A stretch of 64,000 nt of DNA, taken from NCBI RefSeq assembly GCF_018977255.1, contig NW_024704743.1, positions 5,830,001 to 5,894,000 of the forward strand, read 5' to 3'. Each line of letters opens with the position of its first letter. The stretch's first letter is position 1. The notes beneath the pieces were generated by a model, which was not told the origin of the DNA, searched no databases, and saw only the letters and a list, made by a program, of their open reading frames with translations. This stretch comes from Callorhinchus milii (taxonomy: Eukaryota). A program made the translations under genes and the position numbers. This document shows, piece by piece, positions 51,190 to 62,466 of the stretch.

Positions 51190-51757
51190 AAACAACAACA
51201 AAAATTACATTTGTTAGGGTTAGGACGACCCAAGGCACTGAACAGTCGGGGATCAGGACCTGAGCGTAGGGTGGGGGGGCAGGGTTGGGATAAAGGAGGG
51301 CAGAAAGTAAGGAGAGCGGCCGAAGGCATGGTTGAAAAGGAGGATCTTGGTGCCATGAAGGAGGCAAGGCAAATGGACTGTGGGATGGAGGAATTCCAAA
51401 GGATTGGGGCAGAGAGGCTGAAAGCCCGGCTGATTATGATGGGGCGGGTCGGGCGGGAAACATGGAGCAGGCCGGAGCCTGCTAAATAGAAGGAACAGAC
51501 AGGTTGATAGGGGGTTACCAGGTCAGAGAGGTAGGAGGGGATAAGCCCATGGAGGTCCTTGAAAGTGAGGATAAGGATTTTGAATTCTATCCTCTGAGGG
51601 ATGGGGAGCCAGTGGAGTCGGGCGAGGGTGGGGGTGATGGGGTCACGGAGCCTGGTACGGGAGAGAACACGAGCTGCAGAGTTCTGGATGACCTGCAGCT
51701 TGTGGAGGGACGAGCTTGGGAGGCTTACAAGGAGGGAGTTTCCATAGTCGAGCCTTG
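51190..51757 (-). mobile_element. L2 3' fragment
   Basis: Homologous to 16310-16835 on the opposite strand; (TTG)n tail. Confidence 0.88.
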
Positions 51758-51919
51758 AGGCACCCCAGGTCCTAGAGATTAGATAATAACATTACAAGAT
51801 CAGTTCAGATGAAGAATTCAGACGGCCTCTAAGGCCAGAGCAGCCCCTTAAGGTCACAATGGTCAAAACTGTAGGCAGTGCAAACCCAGTGTTAGAAGAA
51901 TGAGCAATGAGCAACAAGG

Positions 51920-52270
51920 TAGGGCTCTTCAGCCTTGAAAGGAGACATCTCAGAGGGGACCTTATAGAGGTATGTGTGATTTTAAATGGGAATGAGATAA
52001 TCAACGAGAATACTTTGGGATGCACCAAGACAGTAGATGACACTAGTTTAAGGTTGCAAAGGTCAATTTAAGGACAGACACCAAGAAATTTCTCCTCACC
52101 CAGATTCGGTAATTAATGATTGGAACAGATTCCTAGGAAGGGTGATTAAGGCCAGGACACTGGATTCATTTAAAAAAACCAGCTTGATGCTGTGATGGGG
52201 TGCGGGGGGTATTCTGGAAGAATTAGGTCTAAGGGCCTTCTTCGCCTAATAAACCGTTCTTGTGATCTAC
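51920..52270 (+). mobile_element. Older CR1 family 3' fragment with TTGTGATC-type tail (also near 4195-4435, 18795-18945, 33060-33420, 36300-36440, 42015-42360, 42395-42590)
   Basis: FSLERR.LRGDLIEV; gaggccaggacactggactcatttaaaaagcagcttgatg shared among copies. Confidence 0.75.
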
Positions 52271-53493
52271 TTAATTTTCTTGGAAATTCAAAAAAGTCCA
52301 CAGTTCACCCACCATCAGCACTATTGATGGTGGGCGAGACTTTCAGCTGCTTTGCCTCTGCTGTCTGGAGCTCTCTCCCTAACTATCTCTGCCCCACCCT
52401 GTTCCTCTTTGATTTCAAAACCCTTCTAAAAAAAACTCTCTCTTTGACCGCGGTTTCAATCACCTCCCTCCCAACCCCCCAAATCTCCCACCTAGCACAC
52501 AGCCCAACTTCCTGCGCTCACAGGTAAGAGGTCTTTCACGTCCTGGTTTTACACCTTAGAAACGTTAGGAGGTAAGAAGAGGTAGAGTTCACGTTCTCCC
52601 GACGTGAAAGATTCTATACAAATGTTATTTTGTGTTGTCATTTTGTATTGTATAGTTGAATTTCAGTGCCCGGAATTTCTCCTGACAATTCCACGAAAAC
52701 ATTCACTAAATTTACACTGAGTGCTCCGTGATTTGTGACAAAAAATCGGGTGGCAAATCTGTATTTTTAAAATTTCTTTTCTTTAATTCTTTTAAAACGT
52801 TGTTTGCGATTAAAGTAAGGTACTCAGTTTGATGGATCTATTGTGTGGAGAGGGGTCTTCAGTCAGGATGCCTAATGTCATGGGAGGTCTTGAGCCCAGA
52901 GAGTTTGGGAACCTCTTATCTAGACAATACAGAGAGCGATTCCACTTATCTGGACAGGGCTGTATTTTCCTTAAATAACACAAAGTAGAGTGTAATGTTG
53001 GTGTCCTATTTTGTGGTGTCACACAGTTCACCTATAATTCCGTTTATCAAACAGTTTGTAAAAGTCCACAGATTACCAGAATTAATAGCACAGAAATGTA
53101 GAACTAAATATCATAATTATCCTCGCATTTGGTACCTTTGACATCGGGAGGACATCTTAAGAGCATTTCACAGGATTTACTGTGAATAGATATTTTCTAT
53201 ACTGCTGAAAATCACAGTGTAATTATTATCCCGGAAAAGAGATCCGCTGGTTGACTAACAACTGGGTTCATACTTACATAATTAATGCAGAGCTACCTCA
53301 CACTGAGGACTGTAAATTTCAAGCATCCCAACTCCCGATAATATCATTTTGATAAACTACGCTGCTAAGATTGCTGAAAAGCTTAAGTGTCTGGCCTGGT
53401 TGTAGCTCACAGATAAGGTTCCATTTCTTTAACTCAAATGTTTTGACTATTTATTGCTCCTGCCACATAAAACGAATGCATCTGTTCACACAG

Positions 53494-53637
53494 GAATGTT
53501 TCTGTGGCACATCTATCATCGTCCCAGATCTTGAAAGTGCTCTGTTTGTGAAAGAAGATGGGAAGAAGTCATGGAAACGTCGGTACTTCCTCCTGCGAGC
53601 TTCTGGAATTTATTACGTTCCCAAGGGCAAGACTAAG
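53494..53637 (+). CDS. APBB1IP: APBB1IP coding exon 8 (ECFCGTSIIVPDLE...KKSWKRRYFLLRASGIYYVPKGKTK; PH domain)
   Basis: cacag|GAA, AAG|gtcagg; PH signature WKRRYFLLRASGIYY. Confidence 0.97.
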
Positions 53638-54436
53638 GTCAGGAAACACAAAGAGGTTTTTCTTTACAGTGAACTTCAATGATTGATACTTGAACCAAAG
53701 TAATTTTAATGACCTTATTTACAGCTATAATTATGTTACAATTATGTCAGGTCCACCCACGGGCAAAATCTAATCCAAGAAGTCCTAGGTCAAGCCAATC
53801 CTTGCATCTAGCCTTTGAGTGCTGGTATTAATGAAAGGGATTGTACTGACACGCCAGTGCAATGCTTGGAGAGTGCTACTTTGTTGGAGGTGCTGTCCTT
53901 TGGATGAGACATTAAACCGAGGTCCCGTCTTCAGGTGGCCATTAAAGATCCCATGGGACTATTCGAAAAGAGAACGGAGTTTTTACCTGTGGCCTGACCA
54001 GCAATCCCCCAGATAAAATAGGACATTTACTTCATGGCTATTTCTGGGATATTGTTGTGGGCAAATTGGCTGCTTCATTCGTCTACAAAATACACAGTCA
54101 CTACACTACAGTGTATCCTGTTTTTAATAACATCTGGGTGTTGGGTGAGTGTAAGCTTTGAGTCCCTGAAACTACAGTACAGAGCAGGTGGTCATGCAAA
54201 ACCACTTAAACAGTCACGCATGTCCCTAAATCTCCTGTTCATCTCTGATCACTTCTTTCTTGTTCTGATACAATCAGAAACCCATTGTCATACTTAAAGA
54301 GTTTCCAAACCGGACTAAGAACTCTACTGTGCACGCATAAACCAAGGCAAGGAAATTCTCCCTGTGCCTGGAATGGAATGTACATTCTCTCTCTGGAAAC
54401 TATTCTGAACAACAACAAGATTACATTTGTATATAT

Positions 54437-54642
54437 AGCTCAGAGGTTTTAGCTGGTTAAACTGCAGTAACCCAACACATACTTTGGGGGTACTCAAGCC
54501 TTGTCTCTTGGCAACCTATAGCGCCTTTCATGTCGGGAGGATGTCCCAAGGCGCTGGGAATAGGTTGCCAAGAGACAAGGCTTGAGTACCCCCAAAGTAT
54601 GTGTTGGGTTACTGCAGTTTAACCAGCTAAAACCTCTGAGCT
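54437..54642. repeat. Perfect 83-bp inverted repeat with 40-bp spacer
   Basis: 54437-54519 is the exact reverse complement of 54560-54642. Confidence 0.97.
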
Positions 54643-56009
54643 TTGCAGCATGGACATTGTCTGGTATGTTTTCTACTGCTTTCCCATTTTTTACCCATTA
54701 TGGACTTTGATTTGCAGGGTTAATGTGCCAAATGGGAAGAATCCCTACTCCCAGTCTGAGCCAAGCTATCAGCAGTTTCTTGTAGTACTGCAGTCCCACC
54801 TGGTTCAGGAATCTACTGAGACTACCACTGAGGGTTTACTCGATTCGATATTCCATTGCTAGGTATACCACCCTAGAACCACCTTAGCCGCAAGGAGACC
54901 CTGCTTACCTCACTCCAAGGCGTAGCACTGAGGGTTACAGATCGTGATGATAGAACTATAAAATGTTACAGCACTCTAAATACTTCATTTGATTATCAAG
55001 TCTGTACAGATGGTTTTCTCCACACGAGCTATCTAATTTAATTTCTCTCTACTGCTCGCTTCCAGTGCCTTTTAATATTCTTCTTTTTCAGGCGTCTGTC
55101 TAATTTTCCCTTAAAATAATTCATGGTTCTCTGCTTCGCCAACACTAACTTTCATTTACATAGCGCCCTTCATGGAGATAACGTTCCCAGAGCGCTGAAA
55201 TACTTTGTGGCACAGAATTCACTATGTAATGCACTTTATGTCAATCTAATAAACTTATAATATACTTACATGAAAGTAATAAAACTTCAATAACTGCCAT
55301 CAAAATGCTCACTCTCTCCGTGGAGGGAAGCTCCCTGCTTAACTAATTCGGAGCATCTTTGAAGCAGGCTAGTAAGAGACAAGTCTTGGGGATACCATCT
55401 AGCACCATCGTACCTGTTAGGGCTTCAGCTAACAGGGTTCCACTCTGCACTCCTTTGTTCCAAAATGTCATCACTCGAGGGTAACAATCTGAAATGAATC
55501 TCCAATCATTTGTATTTTCCCTGACGAATGATTCTGCTGGTTATTGAGGCTTTATTCTGAAACGTGTTCTTTAATTTCTTTTTCCTCCGCTTACAATTCT
55601 CTTTTGCTGTTCACTGCGTGCGCTCATGAATATGAATGAGGCACTAAAACTTTAGCTTTAATGAGCATTCAGGTTCTAAATTGGGTAATTAAGAGCACTG
55701 TTAAGAAAAAAGCTTGCAAATTTATTCTGAAAACGTTCTCTAGCCAATTTGACAAGGATCTCACGGAACGCTTCCTGGAAGCCGTGCTGATTTACAATTT
55801 GTATTTGTGCGACTTAGCTCCCACTCTCTGGAACTCTATTCCCAAATCTGATCGGATCTCTTGCTCCCTCCCTCCCTCTCCTCTTTCAAGTTACGTCTCA
55901 AAACATACACTTTTGACTGTCCTCATGGTCATCTTTCCCCTCCTCACCTCCCTACCTCGTGCCCAAACAGAATTGTCAAGAGCTTTGGGAATCTTCCCGG
56001 TATGAAAGG

Positions 56010-57465
56010 CGTGTCAGCTTGACTCAGTGATAGCAGTCTCGCCTCTGAGTCAGAAACTTGTGGTTTCATATCCCACGTTGGGACTTGAATTCACATTGTC
56101 TAAGCTGCGGGTGTGTTGCATTGTCAGAGGTGTCGTTCTTCAGATGAGACATTAAAACAAGGTCCCATGTGTCTGTATAGGTGGACGTTAAAGATCCCAT
56201 GGCACTATTTGAAAAGAGAAGGGAGTTTCTCCTGATATTCTGGCCAATAATCCTCCAAATGAAATTGGTCATATCATAGAATTTTACAGCACAGAAGGAG
56301 GCCATTCGGCCCATCGTGTCTGTGCTGGCTCTTTGAAAAGAGCTATCCAATTCAATCCCACTCCCCCGCTCTCTCCCCATAGCCCTGAAAACTTGTCCTC
56401 CCCAAATAATTATCTACTTCTCTCTTAAAAGTTGTTATCGAATCAGCTTTCACCACTCTTTCAGGCAATGCATTCCAGATCCGAACAACTCGCTGTGTGA
56501 AAAAATTTCTCCTCACCTCCTCTCTGTTTCATTTAACAACTATTTTAAATTGGTGTCCTCGGGTTACCGACCCACCCTCCAATGGAAATAGTTTCTCCTT
56601 GTTCACCCTATCGAATCCCTCATAATTTTGAAAACTTCTATTAGGTCTCCTCTTAACCTTCTCTGCTCCAAGGAGAATAATCCCAGCTTCTCTAGTCTCT
56701 CCTGATAACTGAAGTCCCTCATTCCTGGTGCCATTCTGGTAAATCTGCATTGCACCTTCTCCAATGCTTTGACATCCTTCCTAAAGTGTGGTGCCCAGAA
56801 CTGAACACAGTCTCTCGCTGAGGCCTAACCAGTGTTTTATAAAGGTTCATCATAACTTCCTGACTTCTGTATTCTATGTCCCTATTTATAAAGCCTAATA
56901 TCCCGTATGCTTTTTTAACAGCTTTATCTACCTGTCCTGCCACCTTCAAAGATTTAGTTATATGAACCTCCTGTAAGATTGTACCATCAGCTTATATTGC
57001 CTCTCCTCATTCTTCCACCCAAACTGCATCACTTTGCATTTCTCCACATCAAACTTCATCAGCCTCGTATCTGAGTCTGTCTACCTGTCTGTCTATGTCC
57101 ATTTGCAGTCTGCTACTATTCTCCTCACTGTTTAGTACTTTTCCTAGCTTAGTATCATCTGCAAACTTGGAAATTGTACTCCCTGTACCCAAGTCCAGGT
57201 CATTTATATAGATCAAAAACAGCAGTGGTCCCAATACCGGCCCCTGGGGGACACCACTGCAGACTTCCCTCCAGTTAGAAAAACAACCGTAGTCAGAAAA
57301 ACAACCATCATAGTTGTTTGTGGGACATTGATGTGTGCAATTGTGCTGCCGTGTTTGTCTACAAATACACAGTCACTCCATTTCACAGCAAATCTCGTGA
57401 AGTGCTTTGAAACATCCTTCTGACATGATAAGGTGCTTTCCCAAATGGAAAGATTATTATTATAT
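56010..57465 (+). mobile_element. Deu-domain SINE split by CR1 (56010-56272 and 57307-57465)
   Basis: The two halves rejoin to the family sequence aaattggtcat..catggctgtttgtggg. Confidence 0.88.
56273..57306 (-). mobile_element. 5'-truncated CR1 LINE (~1 kb of RT and 3'UTR) inserted in a DeuSINE
   Basis: GPLLFLIYINDLD..SKFADDTKLG, LYKTLVRP, VTRGHQFKI; ATCATAG direct repeat at both ends. Confidence 0.92.
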
Positions 57466-57521
57466 AAATGCAAATTGTATTGTAATTTACCACAGTCCCT
57501 CCCCTCAGTCCATCTAGTTCA

Positions 57522-57628
57522 GTGTAAATACAGAAGTTGCTGGGAACACATAGCAGGTCAGGCAGCATCTATGGAGAGAGGGAAATGAGTTAACGTTTCA
57601 GTTCAATGACTTTTCATCAGAACTCAAA
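57522..57628 (-). mobile_element. Penelope-like element terminal-repeat remnant
   Basis: Reverse-complement homolog of 17458-17590. Confidence 0.6.
57587..57625 (-). ncRNA. Degenerate second copy of the minimal hammerhead motif
   Basis: Minus strand GAGTT-CTGATGA-A-AAGTC-ATT-GAACT-GAAAC-GTT-AACTC; core intact, two mismatches in helix II. Confidence 0.6.
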
Positions 57629-57845
57629 TTGAGATCCAGTTAAGACACAATTTACACAATAATAATAATCCTTACATTTGATATAGCACCTCATCACGTC
57701 GTTGAGATGTCTCAAAGTGCTTCACAGAATATATTGTGAAGTGAATTGACTGCGAATGTTGTGGGCGAAATGAAACAAATATGAAACCTACAGCAGTCTC
57801 CTCTTTACCTGATTTCAATTTATTTCTTCTGCTCTTTTCCAACAG

Positions 57846-57956
57846 ACGTCTTCTGACCTGATTTGCTTCATCCAGTTTGAGAACGTGAATGTTTATTATG
57901 GAATGCAATACAAGGCAAAGTACAAAGCCCCAACTGATTACTGCTTCGTGCTTAAG
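57846..57956 (+). CDS. APBB1IP: APBB1IP coding exon 9 (TSSDLICFIQFENVNVYYGMQYKAKYKAPTDYCFVLK; PH domain)
   Basis: Polypyrimidine tract + aacag|ACG, AAG|gtaaaa; not in ORF track, translated by hand. Confidence 0.96.
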
Positions 57957-58019
57957 GTAAAAAGAAATACAACAATGGGTAAAATGTGTGGTGGTCTCTT
58001 AGCCCATTTCTTGTATTGA

Positions 58020-58780
58020 TCAACAACAACAAAATGATATTTATTGAGCTCCTTTCACGTCAGAAGCGCCTTTCAGCCCAAAGTGCTGGACAGTCAGAGG
58101 TCAGGACCCGGGCATGGGGGAGAGGTGGGGTAGGGGCGAGGCGAGTCGGGCGAGGGTGGAAGTGATGGGGTCATGGAGCCTGATGCGCGAGAGTACATGA
58201 GCTGCAGGGTTTTGGATGATCTGCAGCTTGTGAAGGGAAGAGGTGGGAAGGACGTTGAGGAGGGAGTCTCCATAATCGATTCTTGATATGACGAATGCGT
58301 GGGTGAGGGTTTTGGCAGCCTGAGGGGTGAGAAAGTGGCGGGGTCTGGCAATGTTGCGGAGCTGGTGGTAGGCTGTGCCGGTCATGGCGCGGATGTGGGG
58401 GAGAAAGAACAGTTCAGGGCAAACAGGTTCCTGACTGGCTTAATGAGGTTGAGCGTGCAGCCGTGGAGGCTGATGCTGCCAGTGCCCGAGGTGCGGAGAA
58501 GGCCTCAGTCTTGCTGATGTTGAGTTAGAGAAAGTTGTACCTCATCCAGGACTTGATGTCGGACAGGCAGTCGGGCAGGATGCCAGTAATCTTGGAGTTG
58601 AGGTTGAGGCAGAGAGGTAGAGTTGGGTGACATCCGCATACATGTGGAAATTTACCCCACGTCTGCGGATGATGTCACCAAGGGGGAGCATGTAGAGGGT
58701 GAAGAGGAGGGGACCGAGGACAGAGCCCTGAGGATCGCCGCACGAGACGGTGCGGGGGCTGGAGGAGACGCCGTTTGCTG
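58020..58780 (-). mobile_element. L2 LINE fragment with internal deletion near 58140
   Basis: [39 protein letters not shown]; (TTG)n tail. Confidence 0.9.
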
Positions 58781-59271
58781 AGAGAAACATCACAAGAAAC
58801 ATCTTAAATGTGTTTCCAATACTTAAGTAACACTGGTGTTCTTGATGGGATTCAGAGCTGCTCCCGGCTTCCAATCCTGAGAGATGTTCCTCCTGATTGA
58901 AATTATATTTGTGACTTCAAACAATGGCTTTGAACTCTGGATAAGGGAAAGGGGTTAAGAAAATAAGGGAATTAACACAGGGGATGAATTAATAAACTAC
59001 CATCATTTTTAACCCAATATCTAAAGCCATTTTCCTAATGTAGGGATTGTTCCAAATGTTGATGTAGAGCCGAGGTTTGGGGGACCCGAGTTAAAGGGTG
59101 AAATTAAACATTACATGCCGTTCATGTTCTCAGAAAGAAATCCGGTTAACTTAAGCAAACTACAGTAAATTGTTCAACACATCTTTCATCGATTCCACAA
59201 GGTTGTTGTGGTGAAAATAAAATGCCTTTTAGAAATCTGAACCCATTTAATGATGACTGTCATTCGTTCAG

Positions 59272-59370
59272 CACCCCCAGATTCAGAAGGAGTCACAGTA
59301 TATCAAGTACCTGTGCTGTGATGACCGCTGGAATCTACAACAGTGGGTAACTGGGATACGAATAGCTAAG
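59272..59370 (+). CDS. APBB1IP: APBB1IP coding exon 10 (HPQIQKESQYIKYLCCDDRWNLQQWVTGIRIAK; PH domain end)
   Basis: ttcag|CAC, AAG|gtgagt; translated by hand. Confidence 0.96.
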
Positions 59371-59647
59371 GTGAGTGAAAAACAGAAACATGCTGCAACG
59401 TGTAACTGAAATGAAGGATCCCCAACGCTACCTTACATTGGTATAGCGCCCCTCACCCAGGGTAGCGTCCCAGAGAGCTTGACAATGGCAGACCACAATG
59501 TCAGGCTGGGGGGAGCGGGGAGGAACTAACCAAGCTACAGATTCTTCTTTAGTCTTACCTCCATCCCCATCTTCCTCTCCTGTCTTGCCCCCGCTCTTGT
59601 GCTCTACCAAACAAACACGCTGGAGATATTGTCTGCGTTGCTATATC

Positions 59648-60030
59648 ATGGAGTCCTGTAGCCCAGTGGTTAGAGCACTCGCCTCGCAAGCGAGAGATCT
59701 GGGTTTGATTTCCCGGGAGAGGGCAAAAACGTTGGGCAAGTTTCCTTACTCCATGCGCTTCTGTTTACCGAGCATTAAGTAGGAACCTGGTTGCTAGTCG
59801 ATTGGCGGATCGCTTTTCTGGGGTAATGATCCCTTCAAAAAAGAAAAGAAATGGATCGCTCAATCCACGACTGTTTGTGGGACACTGCTGTGCGCAATTG
59901 GCTGCCGTGTTTCGCCCACAAAATATACAGTCAATTCACTTTGCAGTATATAGTGGGAAACGCTTTGAGATGTCTAGAACACATGATAAGGTGCTACATC
60001 AAATGTAAGGATTATTATTATTATTATATC
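59648..60030 (+). mobile_element. tRNA-Ala-like SINE, long form
   Basis: tggagtcctgtagcccagtggttagagcactcgcctcgcaagcgag...ggattattattattat. Confidence 0.9.
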
Positions 60031-62351
60031 GTAATACAGGAGATGCCACAGACTTTGCTTCATTAACTTCATAGTGTTAAGTCGCCACCTAGAGGTCACA
60101 CTGAGAACTGACAAAACCTCTCTCCAACTCTGGTCCAAAAGTCGTCGTAGCGACAGCATCGTAACTTTTCAAGTGCAGAAAAACACTTTCATCTTTCAAA
60201 ATACATAGCTGTTTTCTCTCATACGCAAACCTTACTTTTAATTCAAAGCTATTGAGCGATAGTTGAGGCAGAATCTATATTAGCTTTCAAAAGGGAACTA
60301 AATAAGTACCTAAAAACAAGTAAACTACAGGGGTATGAGGAAAAGGCAGGTTAATGGGACTGAAATGATTGCTCTAGAAAGAACCAGCACAAACACAATA
60401 GGCCATATGGCCATATTTATCTTTAAATGTAAGTACTGTGAATCTTTTAGTTTGTCAGGAAATTTATCTGGTTCCTTTAACAAAACCTTTTGGGGTTTCT
60501 ATAGATTAACATATTGTTACGTTTCGCCTGCAAAAACACACAGTCAATTCACATTACAGTATATTCTGTGAAGCGCTTTGAGTCGTCTCGAAGACGTGAT
60601 GAGGCGTATTATTGTTATAACTGCTACTAATAATCCTTGCATTTGATACAGTGCCTTATCACCGCTTCGAGACGACTGCTTCACAAGATTAATTGCAAAG
60701 TGTAGTGACTGTGCATTTGTAGGAGAACCTGGCAGTCAGTTTGTGCACAGCAATGTCCCACAATCAGTCGTGACGTGAATGACCAGTTTAATCTGGGAAA
60801 TTGTTGGTCAGAACAGCAGGAAAAACTTCCTTTCTGAATAATTCACACCACAGTATATTCCGTGAAGTGCTTTGAGATGTCTCTAGGATGTGATAAGGCA
60901 CTATATCAAATGGAAGGATTATTATTATTATATCATGGGATTTTTAATGAACAGGCTGACAGGAGCTTGGTTTAATGTCTCATCCAAAAGACGGCACCTC
61001 TGAAAGTGCACTGCTTCCCCCTGTATGCACTGTATTCGTGTGTCAACCTAGACTGTGAGCTGAAAATCCTGACCAGGGGCCTTGGAGCCCACAACCTTCT
61101 GACTTGGAAGCGAGAATGCTACCAACAGAACCAAGCTGATATTGTTATTCACGAATATAAAACATAAACTGTACATTCACGTAAAAAAAAGGTGAAAAAT
61201 GCAACAAAGAAAAAGCGTTAGGCTGCGAATTTTTGATTGCCACGATCCACCCAATACAAGTCACCGCGCAAAAGGCATCTGTCGTGCTAAAATCATGGCA
61301 AACACACACTGAATCTGTTAACCGTAAATAGGCTCATTACGACAGATCAAGTGGTTGGTGCTGTGCCTGCTGTTCATGATTACAGCAAAATCATTACTTC
61401 AGACTACAGGAACCAGACGCAATTTCAGACGTCTCAGTTCTCAACAGCCGAGGTTGAGCCTATCATTTCCTCATCAGATATGTGATCAATATCTGACAAA
61501 TGAGAACCAGCAGTAGAAAAAGATGGCATCCTCCTTTGTGTGTTGCATCTGTAGAGGGTCGTTGTCCACCGCCTTCCAATGGCATATTCAACAACAGCAA
61601 TAAAGTGCATTTATATAATGCCCCTCACACGGGGCAGAGGTATTCACCACCAGTTGGTAATACATTTTAACAATTGACCCTAAAATTTACCCCCGCGACC
61701 TGCTAAGCCTTTATCAACCTGTCCGCTCCCTCCGCTCGCCTGCTCCACATCCCCCACCAGACCCACCCCACCATCTGTCCCTGAACATTCAGATTCTATG
61801 CCCCTGACCTCTGGAACTCCCTCATTCTACCTCTCCAGTTTGTGCGCAGGAATTGAAGGAGTTGTGTGATATAATACTGAGCAATGTACACTAAAACTTG
61901 ACTCAGATTTGACTTTTTAGTTATCTGGTCTGAAGGACATATCCCCAAAAGTATGTTGTTTCCTTTATACAAGACTCCATGAAACACTCTAAGACCTGAA
62001 AGGAGTAAAACCCACTATATAAATGTAAAATTATTGTAGGATTGATTCATTAAGCTGTGCATGTTACAATAATAATAATAAAAATAATAATAATAATCCT
62101 TGCATTTGATATAGTGCCTGATCGTGTCTTTGAGACGCCTCAAATCACTTCACAGAATATACTGTAAAGTGAATTGACTGTATATTTTTGTCGGCAAAAT
62201 GGTTAAGGTTGTCTGCGGGAATCGGGACAGAGATCTGAACTCCCATGAAAAACTAACCATAACTAGTTTTCATTTAGACTAGTAACTTCTTTTAATTTAA
62301 GGTGTATCTTACCTGCTGAGGATAACGAGTTCTCTTCTTTTCTGCTTTCAG

Positions 62352-62466
62352 TATGGCAAGACATTATACAATAATCATAAAATAGCGTTGCAAAAGGCTG
62401 GTCTGGCATCTCAATGGATAAATCTTACAAACATCGAATCTAACAATACTGCAAGCACCATAGCAG
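62352..62466 (+). CDS. APBB1IP: APBB1IP coding exon 11 (YGKTLYNNHKIALQKAGLASQWINLTNIESNNTASTIA); gene continues past the window
   Basis: ctttcag|TAT, CAG|gtatgt; matches human YGKTLYDNYQRAVAKAGLASRW. Confidence 0.94.

Noticed and set aside
52655..52765. Weak inverted symmetry
   Set aside because: Too degenerate to support by eye
22946..62466. Alternative identity RAPH1/lamellipodin or GRB7/10/14
   Set aside because: Short N-terminus with IDAMFSDLLGEMDLLTQSLG, HPQIQKESQYIKYLCCDD and ECFCGTSIIVP fit APBB1IP better
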